From the NCBI RefSeq assembly GCF_001194135.2, contig NC_068988.1, forward strand, positions 63,393,084 to 63,442,836: a stretch of DNA of 49,753 bases, written 5' to 3'. The notes under the pieces are model-generated. The model was not told the origin of the DNA, made no database searches, and saw only the letters and a list, made by a program, of their open reading frames with translations. Of the stretch, positions 12,989 through 24,571 are shown piece after piece. The position numbers and the translations under genes were made by a program. This DNA is from Octopus bimaculoides. Taxonomy: Eukaryota. How positions within the stretch are numbered: position 1 is the first letter of the stretch; each line of letters starts with the position of its first letter.

Positions 12989-13033
12989 CGTTATAACAAT
13001 AATTTTATTATTTATGCCATTATTATCATTAAA

Positions 13034-13092
<59 letters not shown>

Positions 13093-13266
13093 TGATGATG
13101 ATGATGATAATAATGATGATGATAATAACAACAATAATAATGATGATGATGATAATTATCATCATCATTATGACAACAACAGCAGCAACATAGCAACAAC
13201 AACAGAAACAATAAATACAACTACGACAATACAAATAATAGTAGTGAGGATGATGATGCTGATGAA

Positions 13267-13316
<50 letters not shown>

Positions 13317-13405
13317 CGACGTGGACAAGGATGATGACGATGGTGATGATGATGATGACGATGATGATGATGAAGTCGACGACGTCAATGATGATGATGA
13401 TGAGA
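12880..13405. repeat. Compound trinucleotide array (AAT, TTA, GAT, AAC)
   Basis: Read directly; a 10-N gap separates (AAT)n from (TTA)n. Confidence 0.95.
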
Positions 13406-14334
13406 GGAGTATGATAGCGAAAATTAACAACAAAAACTTAAACAAAAGAGAAAATGTTAATGTTTTTCATTATTTTTTTCTTTTTTTGCTTCCTTTGTGC
13501 GTGTGCACCTTTTTATCTTTTTTCTTTCTCCCAATTATCTAAGACAGAAAACAAAATCAAAATGGCTAACTCAACACGAAACTTGACATAGAAGAAAGTA
13601 ATTTATTACCGAGACCGCATACAATATAATCAGATAGTATTATTCGAAGGTATATGAAGTAACTAAAGCATACCATAGAAGCAAAACGTAAAATGAGAAA
13701 GAAAGAAGAATTTAAAAAAAACGAAAAACCACTGAAAATTATACGAAAGACAGGTAGAAAATGAATGAAGAATAACATAACAACATAATATAATAATAAT
13801 ATAATAATATAATAATATAATATATCAAGAGAGTTGAGAAATATAGTATTAATTAGGAATATAAACAAAATGAAGAAAGACAACTTAATAATAAACAGAA
13901 AGTAGGGACAAGACCGTTATCTGTTAACGGTTACTCCGATTCATGCGCAGAAGCACACACACTGATCCATACATTCACACGCATGTAAATAACTATATAA
14001 ATACATATATATATATATAACATAATATAATATAATACAATATAATATATGTATGATTGCTTGTATGTATGCAGAGATACGTAAATGCATGCATATTTAT
14101 ATGAGTGCATTCCAGATACGCTGCACACATTATGCAGTAATACGCAGACACGTAGCTTTGCGATGTTATGGGCATGAGTTGTACAGAGGAAACTAACGTA
14201 AAAATTAATAATAAAACAAATAACAATAGTCATTTTGATTTAGATCAGTTAAATACGCTGATCGTATTAAAGGCCTGTTTGTTGAGCATTCCACATCAGT
14301 AGTCTTTATATCCTGAAGGAGGTGCATATATACA

Positions 14335-14368
<34 letters not shown>

Positions 14369-15347
14369 NNNNNNNNNNNNNNNNNNNNNNNNNNNNNNNN
14401 NNNNNNNNNNNNNNNNNNNNNNNNNNNNNNNNNNNNNNNNNNNNNNNNNNNNNNNNNNNNNNNNNNNNNNNNNNNNNNNNNNNNNNNNNNNNNNNNNNNN
14501 NNNNNNNNNNNNNNNNNNNNNNNNNNNNNNNNNNNNNNNNNNNNNNNNNNNNNNNNNNNNNNNNNNNNNNNNNNNNNNNNNNNNNNNNNNNNNNNNNNNN
14601 NNNNNNNNNNNNNNNNNNNNNNNNNNNNNNNNNNNNNNNNNNNNNNNNNNNNNNNNNNNNNNNNNNNNNNNNNNNNNNNNNNNNNNNNNNNNNNNNNNNN
14701 NNNNNNNNNNNNNNNNNNNNNNNNNNNNNNNNNNNNNNNNNNNNNNNNNNNNNNNNNNNNNNNNNNNNNNNNNNNNNNNNNNNNNNNNNNNNNNNNNNNN
14801 NNNNNNNNNNNNNNNNNNNNNNNNNNNNNNNNNNNNNNNNNNNNNNNNNNNNNNNNNNNNNNNNNNNNNNNNNNNNNNNNNNNNNNNNNNNNNNNNNNNN
14901 NNNNNNNNNNNNNNNNNNNNNNNNNNNNNNNNNNNNNNNNNNNNNNNNNNNNNNNNNNNNNNNNNNNNNNNNNNNNNNNNNNNNNNNNNNNNNNNNNNNN
15001 NNNNNNNNNNNNNNNNNNNNNNNNNNNNNNNNNNNNNNNNNNNNNNNNNNNNNNNNNNNNNNNNNNNNNNNNNNNNNNNNNNNNNNNNNNNNNNNNNNNN
15101 NNNNNNNNNNNNNNNNNNNNNNNNNNNNNNNNNNNNNNNNNNNNNNNNNNNNNNNNNNNNNNNNNNNNNNNNNNNNNNNNNNNNNNNNNNNNNNNNNNNN
15201 NNNNNNNNNNNNNNNNNNNNNNNNNNNNNNNNNNNNNNNNNNNNNNNNNNNNNNNNNNNNNNNNNNNNNNNNNNNNNNNNNNNNNNNNNNNNNNNNNNNN
15301 NNNNNNNNNNNNNNNNNNNNNNNNNNNNNNNNNNNNNNNNNNNNNNN
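14369..15347. other. Assembly gap. Other large gaps: 21592-21983, 25748-26717, 28421-28969, 30021-30457, 37011-37417, 46618-47444
   Basis: N-runs, mostly flanked by (TA)n or (CA)n. Confidence 1.
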
Positions 15348-15349
15348 AT

Positions 15350-15381
<32 letters not shown>

Positions 15382-16072
15382 ACATGCATGTATATACACA
15401 AACACACTCATACATGTATGCATATATGTACGTATCTATGTATCTACGTGTGCGTGTATATATATATATATATATATGTATGTATATTTATGTGAATATA
15501 TATGTTTGTGCGCGTGCCTTCGTGTGTTTATGCGTGTTTGTGTCTGCGTGTGTGTGTGTGTGTGTGTGTGTCTCTGCATATGCATGTCTCAGCGTGTGCT
15601 TTTTTTATGTGCTTCGGCGTATACATTTATACATTTTAACTTTCTAGGGTACAATCAAAACTACATCAGATATAATAATAAATGTCGACTAAAAATAGAT
15701 ATAATATTTCACGTGATGATTGCATGCATCAGAACAAAAGACAAATTTTAAGCACACGTAGTCAATTATATTAGTGCAAATCTCCCGCTAAGAAACTAAT
15801 GAATTGCTATCTTTTCTTTAAATTGAACAATAGGTAATTGAAAAGTATTGGGCAGAAAGTTTCCTACACATTCCATATATATTTTGCCGAAGGGCTAATT
15901 TACGAGGACGGAAACACATCAACAACGGTTGGCAATAGGTGATAGGTGACAATCAAAAGCTAAAAAAATATAGGTGACAATCGTATATATGCGTGTGCGT
16001 ATGCGTATGCATGTATGTATGTGTGTGTTTGTGTCTGTGTGTTTGTGAGTGTGTTTATGTGTGTGTGCGTAT

Positions 16073-16104
<32 letters not shown>

Positions 16105-16572
16105 NNNNNNNNNNATGAGTGCTACTGGATATGCATTTCTATATTTTGAATGAAATGTTGCTAATCAGATTGGAATATGGTTCAAATTGCTCTTTTGCTG
16201 TGGTCGCAAAGGTTTGAAGCAAATTCTATGACAGTTAAACTCATATGTTGAAATTTACAGCTGTGAATGAGCGCCAACCCTTTCCAACAGTGAAATTTCT
16301 TCAGGCATCTCAATGTAGAAATGTCTTTCATTCAAGAGCCGATGCCATCATTCCAATCTACTTGCAGGTGCTATATCAATCTCGGCTTCCACATATGAAA
16401 TACAACGAATAATTTTTTGGCCACTGAAAGCTATCATATTAGTTATCGCCATAGATCCATTGCAAAAGTTGCCGAAGGCCAAAGTGTGCCAATCATTTAC
16501 AGGAAATTCAACGACTGCCGCTGATCTTCAAAATTCCTCACACCACCTACGTTATTTGAGAAATCTGTATAT

Positions 16573-16603
<31 letters not shown>

Positions 16604-17011
16604 CAAACATACACACACTCATACACACACAGAGACAAACTCATATAAACACGCACATAGACACATGTACTATGCGTTAACAATAGCAACGTCTAGAGTG
16701 ACATTGAAGTTCCGGCCAGCTAAGGCATTGTCGCGCTAAATAATAAATTTGTACTCTACAACGGTATTCAGTGAGAATTTATTTTTATGTAATACAGTTT
16801 TTACTAANNNNNNNNNNNNNNNNNNNNNNNNNNNNNNNNNNNNNNNNNNNNNNNNNNNNNNNNNNNNNNNNNNNNNNNNNNNNNNNNNNNNNNNNNNNNN
16901 NNNNNNNNNNNNNNNNNNNNNNNNNNNNNNNNNNNNNNNNNNNNNNNNNNNNNNNNNNNNNNNNNNNNNNNNNNNNNNNNNNNNNNNNATATTATACATA
17001 TAAATAGATAA

Positions 17012-17230
17012 GTTTCTTTATTGGCCAGACAGGGCTGAGTACAGAGGGGACAAATACAAGTGTAGAGCTTTTCTTTTCGAAAATAAAAAAGAAAAGGGGA
17101 AAAATGAGAAAAATTCCTATCAAAAGGGATCGAGAAAAAAAAACGTTCAAAAGGGATCGTGTATCAGCTTATAAGAAATCCGTTGACCAGATAGGCTTAT
17201 TAGCAATTTCACAACCTAAAAGTAAATTTA
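17012..17230 (-). mobile_element. Probable 3' UTR of a 5'-truncated non-LTR retrotransposon
   Basis: Minus strand ends ..gaaaagaaaagctctacacttgtatttgtcccctctgtactcagccctgtctggccaataaagaaa. This tail resembles that of the SINE at 38544, but the body upstream is unrelated to the SINE. Confidence 0.4.
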
Positions 17231-17232
17231 TA

Positions 17233-17390
17233 GACAGACGGTACGAAGAAGTACCAGCATTGTGACAGACAGTACCAAGTAGTCCCAGCATTGTGACAGA
17301 CGGTACTAAGTAGTCCCAGCATTGTGNNNNNNNNNNTGACAGACGGTACTAAGTAGTCCCAGCATTGTGACAGACGGTACTAAGTACTAG
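17233..17390. repeat. 31-bp minisatellite (GACAGACGGTACTAAGTAGTCCCAGCATTGT), at least 4.7 units, interrupted by a gap
   Basis: Units start at 17233, 17264, 17295, 17338 and 17369, head-to-tail with no spacers. Confidence 0.95.
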
Positions 17391-17734
17391 CGGCACATGC
17401 TAGAGATAAGAATCCAAACAATTCCATCGTCACAAAAGCACTATCTTAATTTTTTTTTAAATCAGTGCATCAGTTCAACGGATATCTTATAAGCTGACAA
17501 GGTGAGTTCGGTTTCACCCTAGGTGCGGTAAGAGCCAGCGAGGAGAATTAAGATGCTTTGCATCAAAATTCGATATCGCCGGTGATCCGACTATGTCCGC
17601 TGGAATGCTTATCCCCCATTGTCAGTCATTTAGACAGTGCTTCTGTGGCGATGACGTTGTTTTGGCTTATTTCTAGCAACACCGGTACTACTCTACATAG
17701 TACTCTCTGTTACCCAGCTTCTACCACAGGACAA

Positions 17735-17875
17735 CCGGTCTTGGTTTGTTTACATAACTTTATAGCAAAATGGACCAATAAAAGAAGCACTAGACACCTT
17801 GAAAAAAAATAAGTACAAGGGTGAATGTGTCCAGTGAAACCGCTCAAGGCGTTAAGGTAGCATCGCCGCAGTGCT
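17735..17875 (+). mobile_element. Family B SINE 3'-half fragment, old
   Basis: caaccggtcttggtttgtttacat..gcaaaatggaccaataaaagaagcactag..aataagtac parallels the reverse complement of 36090-36210. Confidence 0.5.
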
Positions 17876-18496
17876 ATACTCTACACGTATGACCTGCATC
17901 TGGCAGTTCTAGTTTTGGCGCACAGAATCCATATCACTACCTCCTTTCAAATCTTGTATGAATGCTAACTAACAAGTGAGAGTTTATCATGCTAAGTAAC
18001 CTAAATTCATTTTCGTCTTCCGATCTAACATAGCCTAAATACGTCACTACCTCCGTTATTTCCTTTCGATAATAAGACCCGTTATAATTGTATTGTTTTT
18101 TATGCTTCGAACATTAGTTGCTATTTCTGTGGTTATTTAAATTGATTTATGTCCGTAGTATTTTTTTTTTACATGATACGCATCAACAAATAGTGCTTTG
18201 CATTCATATAATAGGGATAATCGAAGTTTTGCAGGTCATTATATTAAGATATATATAGACCTAGATATTTCGTCGATACGCAAAGTAAATGTCTGACATG
18301 TTATTTATTTATTAGAAGAATGAGCAACTTGAATTGAATGAATGTAAGATAAAATGTTCCATTTTCTGCCATTGTATCCATATTTTCACCGTATAGCATA
18401 TATATATATACACGAACACATATGTATTGGTACCTTTTGCGTTTATATATGTATATANNNNNNNNNNTGTATTGGTACCTTTTGCGTTTATATATG

Positions 18497-18545
<49 letters not shown>

Positions 18546-19455
18546 GTGTGTGTGTATGTATCTATGTATGTATAAAACAGTGTTTGCGTATCCGTGTGTC
18601 TGTGTGTGCTTTGTATGTTCCTCATGGATTCGATAACAGAGTTGCCGATTTTGACGTATGAGGCATAAAACGATCCAGTAATCTTTTGGCTAATACATAA
18701 ACTACCTTTTTTTTGCACACCAACTCCTTTTTTACTGTCGGGACAAAGAATTTTGAGATCATTTTCGGACAGTATTTAGATTTGCTTCTCATCTACGTTG
18801 ACTATTTCAATGTTTTTGGTGTCGAAAATTGCAGCAATGTACAAGGCGTGTTATAAGTGCCTTTGCGACGCACAAAACCCTATTTATCAACGCAAAATGA
18901 CGAAAAAACATGCTTTTTTGACAGAATCATCACCACATACTCCGTATCACCCAATTCCACTTTTTTCCACCCCCACCCAAATTTCTTCGGGTTTCTGTGT
19001 TTTCGATGTAGAAGAATACGATTTTGGCCAAAAATCGTGTTTTCAAAATTTTAATCAGCATTTGGGTATGAGTAATTGGATACAATAGCAGCAGTATATT
19101 GGATAGGCACTATCCCTTAGTTGGCTGGGTTCCCAAACTCTAACTCTCACAGAATTTTATATATATCATATGGTATAATTATAAACAGGGCAAATTTGAG
19201 CCATTTCGCCGCAGATTGAAAAAAAATGAACAATCTTAATCGATCTTCGAACCTTATTGCGATCTCATTAGAAGACTCTATATCATTTTGAAAGTCTCCA
19301 AAGAAACAAGCAAACTGTTTTTATATTCAACAAATGCAGGAGTTACTCTATGAAGGAGTCCGTAATTTGCATATATAATTATATATAGGGATATTTATGT
19401 ATAGTGATATACATGTACACACACTCACGTATATATATTTTTAACCTTAAATCTT

Positions 19456-19673
19456 CGACTTGGTTCAGTCATTAGACTGCTGTCATGTTTAGGCACCGCC
19501 TTGAAATATTTTAGTGGAAAGACTGAACCTCGTACTTAGGTTCTTCAAGTTTCTTTACCGAACTGCTACTTTACACGGACGTAAACACACATACATCGGT
19601 TGTTAAGCGACGGTGGGATACAAACTCATAGAACAAGATGCACAGACATGTATGTGTGTGTGTGTGTGTGTGC

Positions 19674-19742
<69 letters not shown>

Positions 19743-20074
19743 CTTGTGTGTACAAATGTCGTTTTAATTTTGTCTTGAGTTCGATAAACGAACAAAAGCG
19801 CTAGTAAAGAATTATCCCAAATTCTGATTGCCTCATTTTTCTCAATATATATATATAAATAATAATATATATATATATATGTGTGTCTGTGTGTGTGTGT
19901 GTGTATGTAAACGGATTTTTTCAGTCTCTTTTCTGTCTTTCACATTCACTCTGAAGTCTTTGGTCGATCACCGACTATATTCGAAAAAAGACGTCTGCCA
20001 AACATGCCATAAAGTGGAAATGAACCATGAACCAGGTGGTTGGGAAACACATTTCTTTCCACACTGCCAATCCT
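19456..20074 (-). mobile_element. Family B SINE, diverged, with expanded internal simple-repeat region
   Basis: Tail half at 19456-19648 and head half at 19935-20074 are collinear in the same orientation. About 290 bp of (TG)n(AG)n and AT-rich DNA separates them. Confidence 0.65.
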
Positions 20075-20801
20075 ATGAGAAAGTAACTTGAAGAAATAGC
20101 TAAATATTTGACGTTAAATTTACTTTACAAATTATTATACAAAACAAACCGAAAAATATCTCCCCATATTTTCTTACATTTACTACATACATTTTCAGAA
20201 TCTTGATTAAAAATATCATGTTAAATGCAAAACTATTAACATTTCAATAAGCACTGGAATGTTTTCTTTTTACTTCGTTTCAAACCATATAAAATTCTCC
20301 TTCAAAACATTCTTTCATGTAGCACTTTCAGACGATACGAGAAAAGTTTAACACAAGCGTTAGTTAATCTTGAGAATTTTTGAAGGAGCGCCACGAACGA
20401 ACCTGCCATAAACTATGTATTGTCATAGATATGTTAATGAATCATTACATTGTGAAAATTAATAGCGGTAGTGGTTCATTGACAAGAGAATACGACAAAT
20501 AACTTCTTACTCATTGAAATAATCACTTTTCTTGTTTTGTTTTGTCTTTTTTCAACAAAGAATACGTTGATGTTATCTATTGAATATTTCCTCTACATAA
20601 TGCAGAGGAAATATCGAAATGTCACTCATGAAAGTAGATAGCAACAGTGCAGATTATAGAAAAATTCTCCTTAAATCTAGCAGTAAGTTGTATATGGCGG
20701 GCTTCTAAGTGAACACGCACAAGAATATACACAGGTTTGTATAGGTATATGCATGAATGTATGTACATATGTATGTATATATGTATACACACATATATCA
20801 A

Positions 20802-20838
<37 letters not shown>

Positions 20839-20839
20839 G

Positions 20840-20878
<39 letters not shown>

Positions 20879-21284
20879 GCAGCTCAGAATATATATATAT
20901 TGGTGCACTTCGGGATTGTCGTTTTATTTATTTATAATTTTTTTTTCCAAATAATCACACGCGCTTTACATTTTCTTCCCTCGTTTATTACTGTTGTTTT
21001 ATCATTTTAACACCTGCCCGTGTGTGTTGTGTCTGTGCGCATGCGTTTGTGTCTTTTTCTGTATATGTGTGCGTGCGCGTGTTTGTGTATGTGTGTGTTG
21101 ATGCTTGTGTGTGTGTGTGTCATAGTTTTTAGCAGCAGTGTGACCTTCACGTCAACGCAATCTCTCATCCTATTGCGTTGCTGCTGCTGCCCTAAGACCC
21201 GAGAAATAGAAAGAAAAAAAGAAATGTAAGGTTCCTGTATTCTTCTGTGTATGTGTGTTCGTCCACAATGTTGACATCGTGGTA

Positions 21285-21317
<33 letters not shown>

Positions 21318-22324
21318 ATTGACATCGGCGCCGTTGCTACTGTTGACCGTGTTAGTTGTGTTGTTGACATAATATGGCCGTCCTTGAGGTTTTATATGTG
21401 TATGGGTTCACTTCCTATGTATCCATGCCCTTTATATACTTTTATTTGTATATTTTATCTGTCTCTGCCTTACATTTATCACAGGTATGTGACAGATATA
21501 TCTATATATTCGTTTAATTATCTATTTATCTATTTATTTACTTATTTATTTTCTATGCAACTATCTCTATCTCTCATACGTATCACAGGTTNNNNNNNNN
21601 NNNNNNNNNNNNNNNNNNNNNNNNNNNNNNNNNNNNNNNNNNNNNNNNNNNNNNNNNNNNNNNNNNNNNNNNNNNNNNNNNNNNNNNNNNNNNNNNNNNN
21701 NNNNNNNNNNNNNNNNNNNNNNNNNNNNNNNNNNNNNNNNNNNNNNNNNNNNNNNNNNNNNNNNNNNNNNNNNNNNNNNNNNNNNNNNNNNNNNNNNNNN
21801 NNNNNNNNNNNNNNNNNNNNNNNNNNNNNNNNNNNNNNNNNNNNNNNNNNNNNNNNNNNNNNNNNNNNNNNNNNNNNNNNNNNNNNNNNNNNNNNNNNNN
21901 NNNNNNNNNNNNNNNNNNNNNNNNNNNNNNNNNNNNNNNNNNNNNNNNNNNNNNNNNNNNNNNNNNNNNNNNNNNNNNNNNNNTTGGTCGCTTTGAGACC
22001 GCGACCTGTTCACTGACAAAATTCTGTGCTGCATCTGAGAAAGTAATAGTTAGTTCATGATATATATGTACATGTGTATGTATGTATGTATGTATGTATG
22101 TATGTATGTATGTATGTATGTGCGTGTATATATATATATATATATATATATAAACAATATATGAGTATATGCATATATATGTACATGTATGTATATACCT
22201 TCATCCACATGTACATATAGATACATAACTGGGTACATGACGTGGCAAAAGAACATGGACAAAATGGTAAACAAGGTGCAACAAAAAAGCAGGCCACATA
22301 GAAACATCCCCAGATAGATATTTT

Positions 22325-22448
22325 TTATTCTTGAACGAAAATATTATTGGGAGTTATTTCGAATTTTCGGCCAGCTAAGCCATCACTGCACAGTTGAGCT
22401 GGTCGAAATTTCGAAGTCACTATCAATAATATTCTTATTTAAGAACAA
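22325..22448. repeat. Imperfect palindrome (52-bp arms, 20-nt loop); probable foldback/MITE remnant
   Basis: 22325-22376 versus the reverse complement of 22397-22448: 41/52 identical by hand alignment. Partial related copies at 16697-16734 and 8001-8018. Confidence 0.8.
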
Positions 22449-22947
22449 TGAATTTCAACCCTACAAAAGTATAGAGAAACAAATCAGTTGAATAGAAAAA
22501 TTATTTTCTGTTATAATTGAAAAAAAAAAAAACATTTAGGCAGACAGACAGACAGACATACATACATACAAGCATACAGACATACGTACATACAAGCATA
22601 CAGACAGACAGAAACACAGACAGACAGGTAGATAGATAGATAATGGATGTGCCTCCGCGAGTGAGAATGTTAGAAAAGTATTCACTTCTCGTGGAAAGAT
22701 AAAACCTATTAACAGGTGAATCTTATCAGTTTTTTCTTGCAGAAATGGTTATCACGACCAACCGACCTACGACGAGCTTTGTGTAAAGTTTTCGTAGCTG
22801 TTGCCATCAACTTCTTTCCAGTGTTACTTCACCGGTATTTTTATGAGCCATTATTTTTTTTTATGGCATCATTTGCATCTGAGCATCTTAACATCATATA
22901 GCTATGGGTGTTGTGTTCGTGTGGGTGCATGTATATCTGTATATCTG

Positions 22948-22992
<45 letters not shown>

Positions 22993-22999
22993 ATCTATG

Positions 23000-23030
<31 letters not shown>

Positions 23031-23058
23031 AGATATATATATATATGTGTGTGTGTGT

Positions 23059-23103
<45 letters not shown>

Positions 23104-23104
23104 T

Positions 23105-23252
23105 GCATATATCCACGTAGAAGGCACCCAGCACACTCTGTAATGCCATTGGCATTAGGAAGTGCATCCAGCCGTAGAGTAAATGCTGAAGTTGACAGTG
23201 CAGGTTGCGTAGTCCTCTAAGTTGCCAGCCCCTGTCATACCGTCCAGATGAT
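23105..23252 (+). mobile_element. Fragment resembling an RTE-type SINE/LINE 3' tail
   Basis: ggcattaggaagtgcatccagccgtaga..gttgccagcccctgtcataccgtcca resembles a cephalopod retroposon tail I recall. There is no second copy in the window to confirm it. Confidence 0.4.
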
Positions 23253-23857
23253 GTTGAGAAAAATGAATGTTTGTGTGTGTATATATACACCACTGAAAAC
23301 AAATAACACATACTTCTTTCCATCCAGCTTCGTAAATGTAGCTTTGGCTTCAAAGAATTCATGTCATCACATGTTCTTCAACAACAACCAGGTGTTTCGA
23401 ACCTTTACTGTCGTACCCCATTGGATCATGAGAGATAGTCCAATCACGGCTCATGATCTCGTCCTAGCTTCCTCCTTATCTCCTCTCTTTTGCTTCATAA
23501 CCAGCAAGAGGCTGATATATTGACCTATATGCATGTATACGTCAATTGAATAATTATAATAGGGATTACTTCTATACATATGTAGATATGCTTATAGGAA
23601 TCTCTTACTAATTTCAACTCTGTAAGGGTCAAAAGCTTAGTCAGAGTCCCAGCTGCTGTGAATAAGATGGCTGATCACACGTGCTTTAAATTCGCAAATA
23701 TCACCACATGTAAATCATTCCGAAACAAGAAAAATGGATAGGAGTGAGATATTTAGTTTCCGAATTCAATGTTAGTTTGTCTAAAGCACTGAAATCAAAT
23801 TCATATTGTACCGTGGAAGAATATATTCCTCCATAACATAAATTCCTAAGAAAATCA

Positions 23858-24042
23858 AAGGCGACGAGCTGGCAGAATTGTTACCACTCTGGGAAACGTG
23901 GTTCACGGTATTTGGTCCGTCTTTACGTTCTGAATTCAAAATCCGCTGAGGTCGACTTTTCCTTGATTCCTTTCATGGTCAATGAAACAAGTACTATTTG
24001 ATCCTAAATTGCTGGCCTTGCCTCAAAATTTGAAACCACTAT
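23858..24042 (+). mobile_element. Family A SINE with internal deletion
   Basis: Head ggcgacgagctggcagaattg, B-box-like gaattcaaaatcc, gaggtcgactttt, and tail aaattgctggccttg..aaaatttgaaacc. Confidence 0.85.
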
Positions 24043-24383
24043 CCTTGAACACTCTCTTATAAAATCTTATGAGGGTATCTGAACTACATAAATTCAGTCT
24101 AAAACTATCCTTTTTTCCTAGAAGTGATCTAAAAATTTCATAGATAAGCATTTCTCACCTATTCGAATTACATGTGTAATCATTCCACCTTGTAACTGAA
24201 TAAAGCATAGTTTAATACTAGAGACGTGGCAAATCCTAAAAATATCAATGCTTCGGATTCTCTTAGCACGTACGAGCATAAATGTTATGCAGGCATAGTT
24301 TGTGGAAGATATCTAATTGTTCTATACTGTTAGATTGATCTAAACATCCATCTCACAACATTTATATGTCTTTATAGACAGAC

Positions 24384-24460
<77 letters not shown>

Positions 24461-24532
24461 GATACCAATATATGTATATAGACATCTATTATGCACACGA
24501 ATGTACACACACAGACACGCACGTACATAGTA

Positions 24533-24571
<39 letters not shown>

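Noticed and set aside
16140-16565. Unique-looking island with long part-open frames
   Set aside because: Possibly an old transposon fragment, but no frame gives a motif I can assign and there is no second copy in the window.
17233-17390. 31-bp repeat as a CRISPR array
   Set aside because: The units are contiguous with no unique spacers, there are no cas genes, and the context is eukaryotic.
18590-19330. Possible DNA-transposon subterminal/MITE sequence
   Set aside because: I found no TIR pair, TSD or coding motif by eye.
21126-21230. Candidate exons on both strands around the CTG/CAG run (QQQQRNRMRDCVDVK; LLRCCCCPKTRE)
   Set aside because: Mutually exclusive low-complexity readings; the splice-like signals come from adjacent simple repeats.
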